DNA from: Bigelowiella natans CCMP2755
Lineage: Eukaryota; Protista; Cercozoa
Assembly: GCA_000320545.1 (NCBI GenBank)
Contig: ADNK01002519.1
Coordinates: 62,001 to 126,000 of the forward strand
Direction of reading: 5' to 3'
DNA length: 64,000 nt
Shown: positions 1 to 14,400 of the stretch, in pieces
Layout of the letters: each line of letters begins with the position of its first letter
How positions within the stretch are numbered: the stretch's first letter is position 1
Program-made: the position numbers and the translations under genes
The notes under the pieces: generated by a model
Told to the model about the DNA's origin: nothing
Databases searched by the model: none
What the model saw: only the letters and a program-made list of their open reading frames with translations

Positions 1-509
1 GTGGGGTTCGGAACTCAAGAGTCAAGAGGATGTGTTCAGCAAGTCAGTAGTAGTAGTAGCAGTGGTAGTAGTAGTAAGTGGTAGTAATAAGTGGTAGAGG
101 AACCAAGTCACAAGGGAATTTTGGTGCTGCTCCTATTTCCCTCTCCCCTCTTTTATCCTCCCTTCTAATCCATCAAGAACTCTACTGTTAAGTTGCTCTG
201 CGTGATGACGACAACGATAACGATGATGATAGTGGTGGTGGTAATGTTGACGATGATCATGATGAAGGTTCCTGCAAATATTGAATTCTTTTCTCCTGCC
301 CTGTTCTTCTCCCTCCTTATGTAGATTTGCAGATTACATCAATGGAAAGATACCTCGACTTCCGTGGTGTGAGACAGGAATCCAGCTAGAAACACTTCCG
401 TTGAAGAAAAGGCTACTCAACATCAACACTTGTGGCTTTCTCACAATCAACAGTCAGCCTCGTGTCAATGGCGCAAGATCCGACGATAAGGTCCATTTTT
501 CTCCTCCCC

Positions 510-573
<64 letters not shown>

Positions 574-1518
574 TTCTCTCTCTCTCTGTGTGTGTGTAGA
601 GCGAAAACGGATTTGAGAGGAGAAAGTATTGAAAGTTTGGATAATACTTACTTCCACGATGGTCTCTTTACAGGTAGTAGGATGGGGGCCTGTGAACGGT
701 TACGTCTATCAAAAAGCCTACATTGAGTTTTTTGCAAGCCCAAGTAGAATCAAGGCACTCGAAAGATTGGCACAGAAAAAGGAGTATGCAACGATATCGT
801 ATCATGCGGTTACTGTGGACGGAAAACAATTGTCCAATTATGCTGACGAGAACAGCGTAAATGCTGTGACATGGGTAGTACCAATCCTCTCTCCTAATCT
901 GAGTTGTAATAGTTCATAATATATACGATCCATGTCGTTGTGTATGATGTGCCAACACGCAGCACCTAATACTAGACAAAAAATCACATTTTATAACTTG
1001 TTGTGTTTTATCATCATCAGGGAGTATTTCCAGGTAGCGAGATTGTGCAGCCGACTGTAGTTGATATGGGAAGCTTCCGCGTTTGGAAGGTCACTAGAAT
1101 ATATAAATCTTACTAATTACAGAAACTTAAGTAGTTAAAATTGTCTAATAGGTCCATTCTCTCTGTAACCTTCTACGTATCAGCATAACATACCCCCCCC
1201 TCCCCTCTCCCCTTCTTTCACATACCCTGCTATTATCTTTCCACCTACCAGGATGAGGCCTTTGCACTTTGGATATCTCAATGGCGTGCAGTTTACCCGC
1301 CTGGAAGCAAATCTCGAGAAGTCATTCAAGAAATCCACAACACCTATTATCTCTGTAATGTTGTTGAAAATGATTTTGTGAATGGTGATCTGGCGAAGTT
1401 TATGGATGAGCTGGCAGATACTGTCAAGAATGAGAAGCAGAGTGGTGCTGCAGTCCAAGATTCAAATAGTGGAAGTGATGATGGTGTTAGCAACGGCAAA
1501 GACGATTGTAAAGAATGA
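1..1518 (+). CDS. MTHFR: Methylenetetrahydrofolate reductase, 3' exons (5' part lies outside the window)
   Basis: Exons ~1-42, 325-491, 674-875, 1021-1089 and 1252-1518 splice to [72 protein letters not shown], the eukaryotic MTHFR regulatory domain. TGA at 1516-1518. Confidence 0.93.
514..597. repeat. (CT)n(GT)n intronic microsatellite
   Basis: Directly visible. Similar SSRs at ~2865 (AG)n, 4135 (CA)n, 4535 (TAC)n, 4725 (AG)n, 21398 (TA)n, 41560 (TTC)n, 47977 (GTA)n and 63085 (AG)n. Confidence 0.95.
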
Positions 1519-1679
1519 TGAACACGATCAATAAGGTGCGATACCCAACTCGTCGTTTGCTTCCTTACGGTTTACGACTCTAACTCTTGATAGTGTCTTT
1601 AAATCGCTATTTCATCTCACCACTGCAATCGTCGTCCAATGGATGTATTTGTGGCTGAAATGTCCAAAATTCTATGTCA

Positions 1680-2400
1680 TCATGTGGAGCGGCGTCTCTG
1701 AATTAGAAATAATCGATCATGCTTAATGGTCACATGTAGCTTGCAGAGCGCATTGGCATGCATCAGGTAACATTTATGAGTAGTTATATGAGACGGAGCG
1801 ATGAATGTATTAATTTCTTCAATTGCACACTTATCTAGTAATGTAGCTGTGCAAAGCGTAGTTATTGTCCATGCTAGCACGAGCAACTGCATCATATGCG
1901 CGCGCTTGCCAACGTCACCTAGATAGACGGTATCAGCTGCATCGCAACGCCATGACACACTGCCCAATAGCTGCACAGGACTACATGCATGTACATGATG
2001 TTTAGATACGCGCCGCAGTCAAGCTAGCAGCAGTGCATGGCAGAATAACGCCCAGCGGCCACCCCATAGCGTAGCTAGCACCATTATCAACTATAGAGTG
2101 TATTTGAATAGGACATCTAGATGTGCATGGTATAATGGCCGCGGGTAACATGACAAATGCTAGCATGTATCTGATCTAGTAATATTGAACAGCGCTAGAG
2201 CGCGGTTTCGTGTGCAGATGCCATCTCTAGCATCTGATGTTGTCATGCGATGATGCCAAGCTAGCAAGCATAGATAGCAAGCAGTCTAGCAGTGCGCATT
2301 GTACGTTCTAGCGTTGTCAGGATCGCGCATGGGAATCGAGGAACAATTACGAAAGCAAGCAGATAGCTGGCAGTACAAAATGGTCATGCATGAAGCGAGG
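1680..2400. other. CTAG/CATG/TGCA-rich intergenic island
   Basis: Dense gctagc, tctaga and gcatgc words between convergent 3' ends; no credible ORF. Confidence 0.7.
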
Positions 2401-2860
2401 AGCGAGTCGCTTTCAGCAGAGACGAGAGAGAGTTCCTGGTTTGGCACGGGAAAAATGATTTTAGATCACTAACACTCGGCTCTTCATGAACACAAAACCC
2501 AAAACCCAAAGTCTTAAAAGGACGCAACGCAAACGCAGCCATGGCTGATGAACGACTACTCTATTTTGTTTTGTGCAACGAATCGCATATGAGGTGCAGT
2601 CTCATTTCTTGAGTGCCTCGATGGGCAATATAAGAATACCCATTAAAGCGAACAAAGACATGCATGTCAATGAGCTCTTTGTGACATTATATTTTGAGTA
2701 GCTAGATTTCACGGATCAGCTGGCCGTGTAAGTCATTTTGCCAAGAAATATGTATCACATGAAAAGAAAATTTAGCCAGGAAAAGCTCTCTATTGAAGCA
2801 GAGATAAGGTGATCATTAAAGAAGCTATCTAGCACCGAATCCGCCACCCCCTGCTGTTAA

Positions 2861-2901
<41 letters not shown>

Positions 2902-3117
2902 GCGAGAGATGGGAACATTTAGCGAGAGATGTGAACATGTTCCCAACGAGAACATCCTTTGCGTTATAATATCACCCTTTCCTCTTCTATTCTTTTTCAG
3001 TTTCTTCTTAAATTTCTCCAAACTTCCAGTATTCTTGCCTGCACATAAGGTACACAAAGCAACATCAACTGAAAGCAAACGCTTGCTTGGTCTCTACTTA
3101 CGTAACCGCTCACAAGC

Positions 3118-4130
3118 TCACGGTACCTCCTTTGGTAGTTTTCTCTTCGTCATCAGTGATGATATCTGAATTTCCTCCTGCTGTTTGACATTAGATTCTA
3201 TAATTATTCTCATGATGAATAACCAACCGCGTCTTTAAAACTTGAGCTTTAGGAGTAGTAAGATATGTATTTTGGACCAAAATCATCGCAACATTGCTGA
3301 CTAAAACATCAGCACCTGCGACGTCATTTTGGAAGCTCCGCAAAAGCTTCTCTTGAGAATCTCTAACAAATTTTCTGAATAACATATGTTGTTGTTGAAG
3401 TATTTCTTGGAGTGCAATAGCGAGTAAAACACATTTACATTCGCTGTCATCATCTTCAGAATTCATTTCTTTCAACTTACCTCAATTCAACAGGAGGCAG
3501 ATTGTCTTTAGGACTCCACTTTTTGGAGGTAGTCATCGATGAAGAAGGGGAGGAGTAAGTCGTATCAAACAATCCTTGCATTTCCTTATCCACCTCTCTG
3601 CAACATGGGTTCAATACAAATTATGATGTTTAGGCCTTTCAAACGTCCGTTCTAAGCTTGGAAAGGTTTCTCTGCATAATTTCCTCAAAGATGAATACAA
3701 AATCGTAAAATTCGTGTATCTATTTGCATCATCATACATAGTTCACACCACATACAATTTGCAATGGATGTATTACATGAAAACTTTTTCTAATCTTTGA
3801 GGGGAGGGAGGCGGTTCTGCACGAGAAAAGTCATATATGTAAAGAAGAGGAGAAAACATGATGGTAAATTGATTATCGAACACGTTTCATGTAAGAAGAC
3901 TATTACAACTCACAACTCACAATAATACCTAGTACAAACTAAATTGATGTATAATTATATGCATATCCACCTTTCAAATTTCGATAAGAACACCCTATTT
4001 TTTCCTTCTACTCTGCCTTGGAATGTTGCTTGTTGGTATACTACTACCACCACCTTGAGAGTTTGGATTTGTGAGAATATGATGGATGATATTCTCCCTC
4101 TTGTAGCCTAACAACGATCCTACCAGTGCC

Positions 4131-4171
<41 letters not shown>

Positions 4172-4533
4172 ACAAGCACACAGATGCAAAGTATCATCAG
4201 AGAGCACCATCTAATTGACTTTAACCAAAAGAAACAAATATTAGCAATATACACATCCTCCTCCTCCTCCTCCTAGATAGAGCACCAATACATCGCTACA
4301 CACCTTGTAGTATGCTGACTGAGCAACAACAGACGCCTGGCATCTACCATACGGCAGCCATGGAAAATAATAACGAGAAGGGGGAGGAGGGAGAAGAGGA
4401 GACGGGTACGAAATCACAAGAAAGTACCATTGTTGTCAAATAGAAACAGCATACTACTTATGCTATTCATCAATTAGAAACAACATTACTACTGTTACGA
4501 CCACTTCCCACTACTTTCGCTGTACCCTTCCTT

Positions 4534-4572
<39 letters not shown>

Positions 4573-4725
4573 TTACTACCCAAACGAAGCAAGGTGAAAT
4601 GCATAGTTAAGGTAAGGCTGCTGTGGTGCGCATATAATTGCACTCAAACCTAACCTACAGACATTATATCATGTGGTAGAAGCACAAATTCAACTCATAA
4701 AGCGGCAACATTATGCAATCAGAGA

Positions 4726-4772
<47 letters not shown>

Positions 4773-7166
4773 AGAGAGAGAGGGAGAGAGGAAAGTGGAG
4801 TTTGCTGACCCCGACAGATGCATAATAATTAAAACATGTATCATAGATATCATGCGTTAAAATGACGAGTTACTCTTCCGGAGCTGGGGATGTAAATATT
4901 GCAAAAGAGCTCTCGTCCTCCGCAATCTGCACCCACGACATATATACGATAATGGTAATGACATAAGATAACATTGATACAAGATAGTAATGATAGAAGC
5001 AGTCAATCGTTGGTTATCAGTGTAAGCAGACACATAAGAGCGAACAGCGCACAACGTTAATAACCTTGCGCAGCAACGTAGTTACGAATGGACGATAAAT
5101 CAAATTTTCTGCGTCTGGTAAATTCAATCAGTGCTTGTCATGATAATATTGATAATAGAGAACCACTCTCGGTATCATCATCATCATCATCATCATCAAC
5201 AACAATAACAACAACCTGCTAAAACTAATCTCATTATCATCATAATCATCATATCCTCTCACAACGTACCACCCCCCCATAAGGCTGACAGTTGGATCAT
5301 CACGACGCCTCGAAGTCCATTCATTAGTGCCAGTAGTTCGGAAGCACTTAATAAATTACTCTGAAGCTGTGCGTGTAATAAGAGCATGATAAATTGTTTA
5401 TTAACCCACTGATGATTAGATGCTGTTGTAATATTTATCGAGAAACACGCAATTAGTTAGTCAGCACCGGGGTCATTGCACCATCCTCGGGTGCTGTACC
5501 ATCAACCCTTAGAACAAATAATAGTATTGAAATAGATAAAGAAGTATAGAGTGGCCGCATAAGTGGCAGGAGAAAGAGGAAAGGGCATGGTAGAAGAGGA
5601 GGAAAAACAGCTACTTGTCGAGTTCAGTTTTGACATTTCTTCGCTACATTTAATGCTATAACAATGATGATAATTGTGTTCTTGACCATGGCAGTGATGA
5701 CTACACAAAATATTATGAGACATAAACGACAACATCAACAGCAACCAGTATTTCGGTGCTGATATCACTGCTTCCTCAAGTTCCGACAGCGACAACACAA
5801 ATCTGGATTTGATCATACAGTTTTGAGTTCATAATTTGTCGTGTTATCGTCATTGTCATCATCATTATCATCAATATCACCATCACAACCTACACAACCA
5901 CCAATTCACTATATTCTTCTACTTTCCACTTTTATGGTATTATTACCTTAAGTCTTGAAGGATGTACTGTTGTGTGTATATACGACAAGTTAAGGGACAT
6001 GAATGTGGATCAGAGTGTAAGGAATTAGGAGAACGAATCATTCTTACAAGCTTGGCACTTACTACCTCTTGGCGACCATCGACTATTGCCTCTTGATCCT
6101 TCATCTTTAAAGCAAAATCGTCAAACAACGGATATTTCGATACCTGGTGAAGATCATTATACCGATGGCAATTTTTTTTTACAAATTAAAGTACTTTATG
6201 ACGAACTAAGGCTAAGATAATCAGCGAGAAACAATCCATTTCATAATATATAGTATCATATCGCTACTCGTCGCATAGACGACCTATTCTCGCAGTATGT
6301 GCTACCACTACATTTCATCTCCATCCCCACATAGAACCCGTCTCCTTTTACTCGTTCATACAATAACAGCGTATCTCCCTTGTTACTAGTACTTATACTG
6401 CTTGTACCCAGTCGTTTCGGGATCCATCGTCAATGGACCATCCAATAACAGATGCTTTCCAAACACTAATAATAATTTTCATCCACAAATATCATCACTT
6501 TCATTCTATCGTTAACCATCTCAAAAGGAAAGTACTCAAAGGAGTTCTAATTTGATACCCTGATTCTGCTTGTCGTTGAAGATGGACTTTCCGTCCATTC
6601 ATCAAGGCTACTGCTTTCACAACTCCATTGTCCTCTTTATCAAGAACCTATAGGATTCACGTGTAATTCTTCTTGCACACAGCTATCGTAAAGTAACAGT
6701 GGTGCATTATACCTCAATCCAGTGCTTCAAACCGCTGTTATCATCTATCGCTGTTAAAAGGCTACCAGGTTCCAAATTCTTCTGTATTTATTGATCGGCA
6801 ATGTCGTTAAGTCTCCCCCGATTATGATGAGAAGTACAAGTAAACATTTCAAGCACACAAAACTAATGAGACTAATATATATACCTCATCGAATATGGGA
6901 GTGCCTTCTGATCCAACCGTATTATGAATAGCATAACATCGACGAAGACCCTGATCTACTACTGAGCTTCTAGGACTCAAGTAGTTTCGATTCCGTCGCC
7001 ATCGATAATGATGATCTGGAAAGTGAGGCTTAGGAATTGGTCGAACAGAATCAAAGGGCGAAAGTTGGTGGTATTTCCATGTGCATGGATTTCGGATAAT
7101 TGTTGATGCCCCCGAAGCTGCTTCGAAACTGAGACAAATGATAAGAAAAAGACCCAAAGAGATCAT
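3118..7166 (-). CDS. Multi-exon hypothetical protein with N-terminal signal peptide (possibly plastid-targeted)
   Basis: ATG at 7166 gives MISLGLFLIICLSFEAASGA followed by an R/P-rich segment. Short GT-AG-bounded exons follow (KNLEPGSLLTAIDDNSGLKHWIE; VLDKEDNGVVKAVALMNG; YPLFDDFALKMKDQ; ...EILQQQHMLFRKFVRDSQEK; ...KRKLPKEVP*). Family not recognised, exon chain approximate, and it could be two genes. Confidence 0.55.
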
Positions 7167-8110
7167 TTCCACAGACTGACTTTGACGTGAACGAGGATTA
7201 TTCTCTTCGCAACGCAGATTCGTTTTCGTCGTCGATGACGTCTCCAGCTGTAAGGTACAATGGGCCACCAACCAGCCAACCAACCCCCCTACTTGTACTG
7301 TCCTCGTAAGCGTGGATCCATGCTCCACTACATGTACTGTGAAAGGAAGAAAGAATGTTCAAATTCCTTGTTCATTTCTTCTTCTTCACTTTATTTCTCC
7401 GCCTTTCACCGAATTATTAACACCATCATCAATAATAAATCGGCTTGTAACTTCTTAAGCTCCACACTGTATCCTTTTTGCCTTTGGCATTTTCGCTCGT
7501 TTTTTTTTTTAAAATACAACGATGTTCTTATGCTACGTCATCAATAAAGCTTGTTAATTAGATGGAAAACCTCAAATGTGTGTGTTTCCGTTAAATTTCT
7601 TGTGATACCCGATTTATTGTATTCCAAGGAAATAGCGATTAAATTTGCGGAAATCGAGTTTTTTTTAAAGAGAGAGTTGAAAATATTAACGTGAAATTTT
7701 GTACCAAAAGGAGAGAGATTAACGAACGGCTAGGGAGCCGCCAATTTTGTGTCTCTTTTTTCTTTCACGAGTATTCTCTTTCCGGTAACAAACTCTAGGG
7801 GAGCGCAGAGAATCCAGGAAATTATCCCAAAAAAAATAGAAATTAAGTGCTATAATTTGATAAAATAGCCTGTATTTTGTCAAGATAAAAAGCACTTCCG
7901 TTGTATTCAGTGAAACTGAACATAGATTATTTAGAATATTCATCTATTTAGGTTCCATATACATATGAACGGCCTTTGTTTAGTGTATTTTATGCAGTTT
8001 ACTGTCACAACTGCGTGTCTCTCTTGCGTCTCTCTTCCACTTTATCTCTCATCAACCCTTTCAAGTGTCTCTCTCTTCTCTGACGACTTAAACAAAAACC
8101 AAGTTTACTC

Positions 8111-8742
8111 ATGGTACATGATGTGGCATGCCCTCCCTCTTCCAATAACTACCTATGCTACCAAGGTCTCCTCCTCTAGAATCTTATGTTGAATATTTAT
8201 ATGTAGTCTGGCAAGAGCGGCGGAAAAGCAAAAGGAGGTAAAGGTAAGTCCAAGGGAGGAAAGGGTAAGTCCAAGGGGGGAAAGCGCGCTCCAGTTTCAA
8301 GGTCTTCCCGTGCTGGCCTGCAGGTGACTCCCTTACTTACCACGATTCACTCGCTATGATTGCATACTAATCAACAAAACTGTTTTAGTTTCCTGTCGGT
8401 CGTATCCATCGTTTCCTGAAGAAGCGTGTACAAGCCAATAACCGAGTCGGAGCAAATGCTGCTGTTTACTGTGCGGCTATTCTTGAATACCTATGCGCAG
8501 AGGTTCTTGAGCTGGCTGGAAATGCTTCCAAGGACTTGAAGGTTAAGCGTATTACCCCTCGTCACTTGCAGCTTGCGATTCGTGGAGACGAGGAGCTTGA
8601 CAAGCTCATTCAGGCAACCATTGCAGGAGGTGGTGTAATTCCACACATTCACAAATCCCTCATCAACAAATCGAAGAGGAAAAAGAAGAAAAAGGGTGGA
8701 CAAGGTGGAGGATCTAAAAGGAAGGGAGGCTCCTTATACTAG
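8111..8742 (+). CDS. H2AZ: Histone H2A.Z variant
   Basis: ATG-only exon 8111-8113, then exons 8207-8323 and 8389-8742. [66 protein letters not shown] are H2A.Z-diagnostic motifs. Confidence 0.96.
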
Positions 8743-9149
8743 GCAGTAAGCAAATCATAAGCAGCTACTTTTTCGACTCACCGAGATTTCCACTTTCCCA
8801 GAGATGCCGCGATAACTTATCAGAAGTAGATTTTTTTAGATCAAAGACTGCTTGCAAATTTGCTTATGCTGAAATTGTAAATTAAATCGCACAATCAGAG
8901 GGTTACGTCCCTCAAGAAAACTAAGTTAAAAAATGTTGTGGTTACTTGATTCTGTTGCCATGAATGCATGTCAACAGATTTTTGATAATAAATATTACTT
9001 TTTTTTATTTTTTAATTACTGTGCGGAAGCACGATAATTTTTGGAAAAAACACTGATGTTCGTGAAGCACGTGTCTATTTGCTATCTTTTCATCAAATGC
9101 TCTCTTGCATGTAGTCATCGCAGCCAAACCGCCTGCTTGCCTTTTGAAA

Positions 9150-10330
9150 CCCAGTCACGCACTTTGATTGTATATCCGTAGTACACAGAGCAAACGGAGA
9201 TGTGCGATGCATTGCATGATAGACTAGTCTAGCTAGCTAGCAGCGGGGACAACTAGACAAATCTAGAAATTATAATAATTTCTAGATTTGCATGCGAGAG
9301 CCGAATCGAATTATTATTAGAGCTTTCTGACTTTATGTTCCACAGGCGAGCTAGCTAGCAGGCTAGCAGGGCTTGTAGCTTTCTAGCTTTGCAAAGATAT
9401 ACATCATTGTACATATCGCATCGTACATTGTCTAGATTGTGTTACAGCATATGCGTAGGCCATTTTTTGTTGAGGATGTCTAGATGTTGCTATCTAGCTA
9501 GCTAGCTAGCGTGCGAGTTCTTTGCGCTTGTAGTGCGTCTGCTAGCTTGCATGCTAGCTTGCTATACAGCGCAGTTTATTTTCTAGTTTTCGCAGCACAA
9601 TTGGCTAAAATGTCTAGACATGTGCACTGCTAGACTGTCTAGCTACATGCAATGCATGCTAGAATGAGCCATTCATGGCTAGATGGCCAATCTAGCAATC
9701 TAGCTAGCTCTAAAGCTAGCTAGCGTAGCTAGCAATGTGGAATTACTCAATGTGGGTCATCTACAGTAGTAGGCTTGTCGCGCCTTCGTTCCTAGCATCG
9801 CTAGTTCGGCATTCTATAATTCGGCATTGATGTAGTGCCACACGCTAGCACGACTAGCACAGTTAGACGACAGGCTAGTCTTAGCAGGTAGTAGGCACGC
9901 TATAACGCCTATCTAGCTAGACGCTGTCAGCTGCCTACGCTAGTACGACGAGTAGACTAGCTACCTGTAGCTAAGCTAGTACAGTCGTAGGAGATGCTGA
10001 GCTACATGCCAGCATGCAGACGTAGCCTAGCTAGCTAGATAGATGTGTTAGCGATGGTAGATGCTGCGCGCGGGCTTGACTCTCGCACTAGCTAGCTAGT
10101 GCACAGCGCAGTGCGTGCGTGTCTAGGTATGTCTATTCCTCCTCCTCTTCCGCAACTTGGTTTCATCATTCGGGCCAGCCATGAATGCGAGTGACAATGT
10201 CGTCGATGCCGTCGACATCGTGTTGGATCGTTCCCCGCAAGCTGCATGCGAACGCATCCATCACTTCCGACTGCTATGATCGTTTCGTGTCAGCGTTATG
10301 CGTGCGATCTAGCGTTTCCAGATAAAATGA
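9150..10330. other. CTAG-rich intergenic island with (GCTA)n arrays (possible degraded repeat/TE)
   Basis: Dozens of ctag/gctagc words, a 15-bp inverted repeat at 9258-9290, and a motif shared with 22406-22427. Confidence 0.7.
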
Positions 10331-10565
10331 ATACTTACGGATTCATTGGCGCTTCTGTTAAAAGAATTCGATGCTCGGAGGCATCAATTTTCATTTTTTC
10401 ATTGAATGCGTAATCCCAGATATGCTCAATTGAGTAATCCCCTTATTTAATAGAGTGGTAGGCTTAGCACTAGAAGATGTTCACTATTGATGACGTTACA
10501 GTCGTACTATTGTCAAGCAGAACAGGCAAGTTGTTACAACAAGGGAGCTTCCACTCGGATCGAGT

Positions 10566-10916
10566 ATGGGTTTTCACTTTTGTTTTCTGCTGCTGCTAAT
10601 GCTGCTACCACCAACGTCAGATGATCGCATGATGGGTGTACATGATGATGATGTTCACCAGCCAACACTGCAAACAGCTCAGGCATTCGTAAGCAACTTC
10701 ACTCAGGCTGACAACAAGATCGATCTTTCGAACCGCACAACGAATATGTTAAATATTAAACGAGCTGAATGCGACTGTTCTGGCCATGAACCTCACTATC
10801 ACTGTACCCCCTTCCAAACGTGGCGGCGGACTGTGCATAATACAGTTATCGCAGTACGAATTCCGATCCCTGATTTGATCAGTGCCCCGGAACACCTGAT
10901 TGCTTATTTGCGGTGA
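10566..10916 (+). CDS. Possible small secreted protein or gene fragment
   Basis: 116-codon ATG ORF with a hydrophobic N-terminus (FHFCFLLLLMLL) and normal TpA content between two CTAG islands; no family recognised. Confidence 0.3.
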   Translation: MGFHFCFLLLLMLLPPTSDDRMMGVHDDDVHQPTLQTAQAFVSNFTQADNKIDLSNRTTNMLNIKRAECDCSGHEPHYHCTPFQTWRRTVHNTVIAVRIPIPDLISAPEHLIAYLR

Positions 10917-11450
10917 CAAAATTGGCAACAGCGTAGCGCAGCGCAGAATCATCACACATTGTTATTTAGCAAACGAGGAAGAATCCCAGACACTATCTGA
11001 TGCAGATATGTCGCTGCACGCATGCATGCGCAGATGTTTGATTCGATGCGCACGTAGCTAGCCTAGCAGCAAGAGATGCCGAGTGGAAGGACTCGCCAGC
11101 TAGTGCGTACGCTGCTGCATGTCTCACGTCGCATTGCCAAGCCTAGAGCCACCTAGATGCGTCTAGACGTGCAAACACACACACACACACGCACGCGCGC
11201 GCGTATGTACTAGCATGCATGTATACGTACAGCATGCATCCCGGCAGCAGTGCGTGGTGCATCCAATAATAATTCCAATCGCATATTATTATTATTTTTT
11301 CGATCGCCTTACTTTCATGCAGTGAAGGAGTATTATTCGAGGACCGACTTTGCCGTGATTGACTTCATTACCATACGCGAAATTGACATCTTCCTAGAAC
11401 TACCCCATGGTTCATTCTAAAGATGAAATTAATTTGTGATGAACTGCTTC

Positions 11451-14400
11451 CTACTTGATTGGCGGAAATCTGAGCGACCCTCTTTCTCCACCAGAGCCCT
11501 TAATCTTTTTCCCTTGCTTGTTTCCTCTGTATCGGTGTAGATATCTCTCCATAGTTGTATCTACGTCTGGGCTGTGCGATGATCTAGTATCGAATGCTTG
11601 GTCAAACATTGGGAAAGACTTCCTCTGTAGCCTGTCGCGCTCTTTTCTCAACACCGAGAGATCATCTCGTTGTATTTCTGCTATGTTACGCAACTTCCGT
11701 ATTTGCGAAACCATCTCAAATGTGCCCAGAGAACGTTTCCTCTCAGCAGGAGCTGGGGCATTGTTCTCGCCTCGAATCCTCTGAAGTTTCGCCACTTTAC
11801 TTTGAAGTTCCAACAGAGATCCCTCAAGTTTCTTATTCCGTAAAGCGAACCCTCGATGTTCCCGATTAATTTTTGCAACAACTTTCTGCCTTTCAGTAAT
11901 TTTCTTATTGTACATGCCTTCATTGAACAGAATCTTACGCTTGAGGAGCTCTATTTGCTCCTTAACCTTTTGTCCAGAACCGCCTGACTTGATGATCTCC
12001 TGTAGTTGCTTGGTCACACGCATCAACTGAACTTCCCGCGTATCCGCTTCAGCCATTGAGAGCTTTAATGTTAACTTATTTCCACGCCACATTTGGTAGC
12101 GGAGCTGGCGATATTGCAGAACAATATCCTGCAAAGTTTTCATGTTGTGCTCACCTTTGTTCAAAATTGCGGCATTAAAGGCCTCTATAAGGTCGCGATC
12201 AAACGTCACCCATGCGGAAAGTCCAGACATAAGAGATGTATCAGCAGCTTCAACGAAGCCTTGAGGCACAGAGAGTGTGATATGATTATCCATTCCATGT
12301 TCAAGGCGCTCATCATACCAACGTTTAACATGCTGACTTACACGTTCTGATTCAATGCCTACTGCCAACTCCTGATCCTTAAGCCCTTTCAACACATGCT
12401 CGTATGCAGCAAGGACACGCTGGGCTACTTGAATCTTTTGTTCGGCAAATATCTTTCGAATTCGGAGCTTGAAAAGTCTTTCTGCTGGCTCAGGTTCGAG
12501 TACGTTCACCAGCTCCTCAGGTTTAGTTGATGCTTCACCAAATAGCTCAGCACTGACAGGGATTCCATCAATATCTACTATGGTTTCATTTCGCACCTCC
12601 TCCTTCCCCTGCTGTGCATCTTTCTGTTTTTGTTCCTGATGTTGTCTCCGTGATTCAGCCAGCGTGGATAGCCGAGAAAGCCAAGCTTCAACCGTTTCAG
12701 CCTGGGAAACAAGTGCCTCTTCTCTTTTGTAGTCATAGCGAGAATGCTTCAGTGGCTTTGTACCCACCGCCTGCTTTCTTTTCCGATTGCGACGACGCTT
12801 GTATATCGATTGAACTACATCGAACCCATCTAACCGTTCAAATTCTTTCCTGAAGATTTTCTCTTCCTTCGCGTTAAGTGCTTGGCAGCTTACGACAACT
12901 TGCTTCAAAGCCTCGACTTTTTGCGCTGTTGCACGAATTGTTTTCTGCCTTTTTTTCCCCCCTTTTTTTAGTTCCTGCAATCGCACTTTCATGGCTGCTA
13001 ATGTGAGTTCTCCGACGTCTTCTGCTGTAGTGCTATTCAACAAGCAAGAGCATAGGTAATTATGGCGCTCAAGGATTTTGTCTAGCATAAATCTGCAACG
13101 ACTTAAATCCAGTAGCTTTCCATCGAATTTTTCAAGAAGTACGTGAATTTCTTTGTTGAGTTGTTTCAGTGCCTGAAGAGTGTCACGACGCTGTGCCAAA
13201 CGATTCTCACGAACCTCTTCTTCCTCTTTCTCGACTTCTTTAAGTAGTTTCTTCTGCTCATTGCTCATTTTGTGCGGCGGCAATTCGGTCATCCAGGGTT
13301 CCTTTTCCACCACATTGTCCATGTCCGCAGCAATACCCTTTTTCTTAAGAATGCCTCCCATCATATCCATTAATGCTCGTTGAGGTGCATCGTCGCCATC
13401 GCCACCGCGCCGTGCAGCAAGTTCCGCAGCTCTTCGTTTTTCTTCAAAAGTCAAAGGTCGTTGAGACTTGAGCTCGCTGTCTTGTACGCTATAGAGCATG
13501 TTAGGTATCTCATCCTCTGACAATTTTGTGCTGAAGATTGAGAGGGTGAGTTCTGCGTTTTCAACCGACTCTTCTTTGGCTCGAGCTTCAGCGGCCTCCT
13601 TCCGTTTCTTAGCTTCCGTCTTTTCTGCCTGCGATGAACCCTTCACTCGTCGTTGGGGTATTTTCTTGCCCATAATCCGTGCACGTTTTACGTCATAGAG
13701 GTACTTTTCTTCCTCAAGCTGATCTTTCCATTCTTCCAGTTGCTTTCTTCTTGCTTCTACGGAATCCTCATCTTCATGGCATTTTTCGATGAGCGCGCGT
13801 AGTTCATCTCTGACGTCCATGATTCTTCGCGTTTTTTCGAGTATCATCTCATGAGTGCTCTGCTTTTCCTTGTAATACTTCTCGAAAACCTTATTGAATC
13901 GTGAAGCCAGTATTCTGGAACGTGCTTGAAGGGCATGTACCTGAATAACTTTGCGTTGTCGTGTACAACAGATCGTTGGATGTTGAAGAAGGAATTTCTC
14001 GTCGTCGTCATCTGGAATTTCTCCTAATGAGAGAGTTTTCCAGTCAACCTTTTCCTCGACTTCCTCTTCACCTTTCTTGTTATTCTTGTCCTTGCTGTTG
14101 TTACTCTTCGTGTTGCTGTCAGAATTTTCTTCCTTCTTCTCTTCCTTCGGCTTGCCAATTGCCTTGTATAACTTAGCTAGCAATGATTCCTCCTGCTCCA
14201 AACGTTCTTTATTCACATCAATGACGTACTTCGCAGCCACAGTGAGAGGATCTTGAGGAGTCACTCCAATAGTTTCCCATTCTAGCTTTGAAGCTGACCA
14301 GCCTTGATCTACAGAGAAATCCATATCTGAATTGAACCCTCTCATGTCGATGCCTTGACTTGCTGCAGGTGAGTTCGCAGGACTGGCCATTGGGGAACCT

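Noticed and set aside
2541-2815. Possible tiny spliced gene starting MADERLLYFVLCNESHMR
   Set aside because: Only ~35 codons under any splice model I could build; no motif support.
9150-10330. CTAG islands as Helitron ends or an autonomous transposon
   Set aside because: No Rep/helicase, transposase or RT remnants are recognisable, and CTAG is dispersed rather than terminal.
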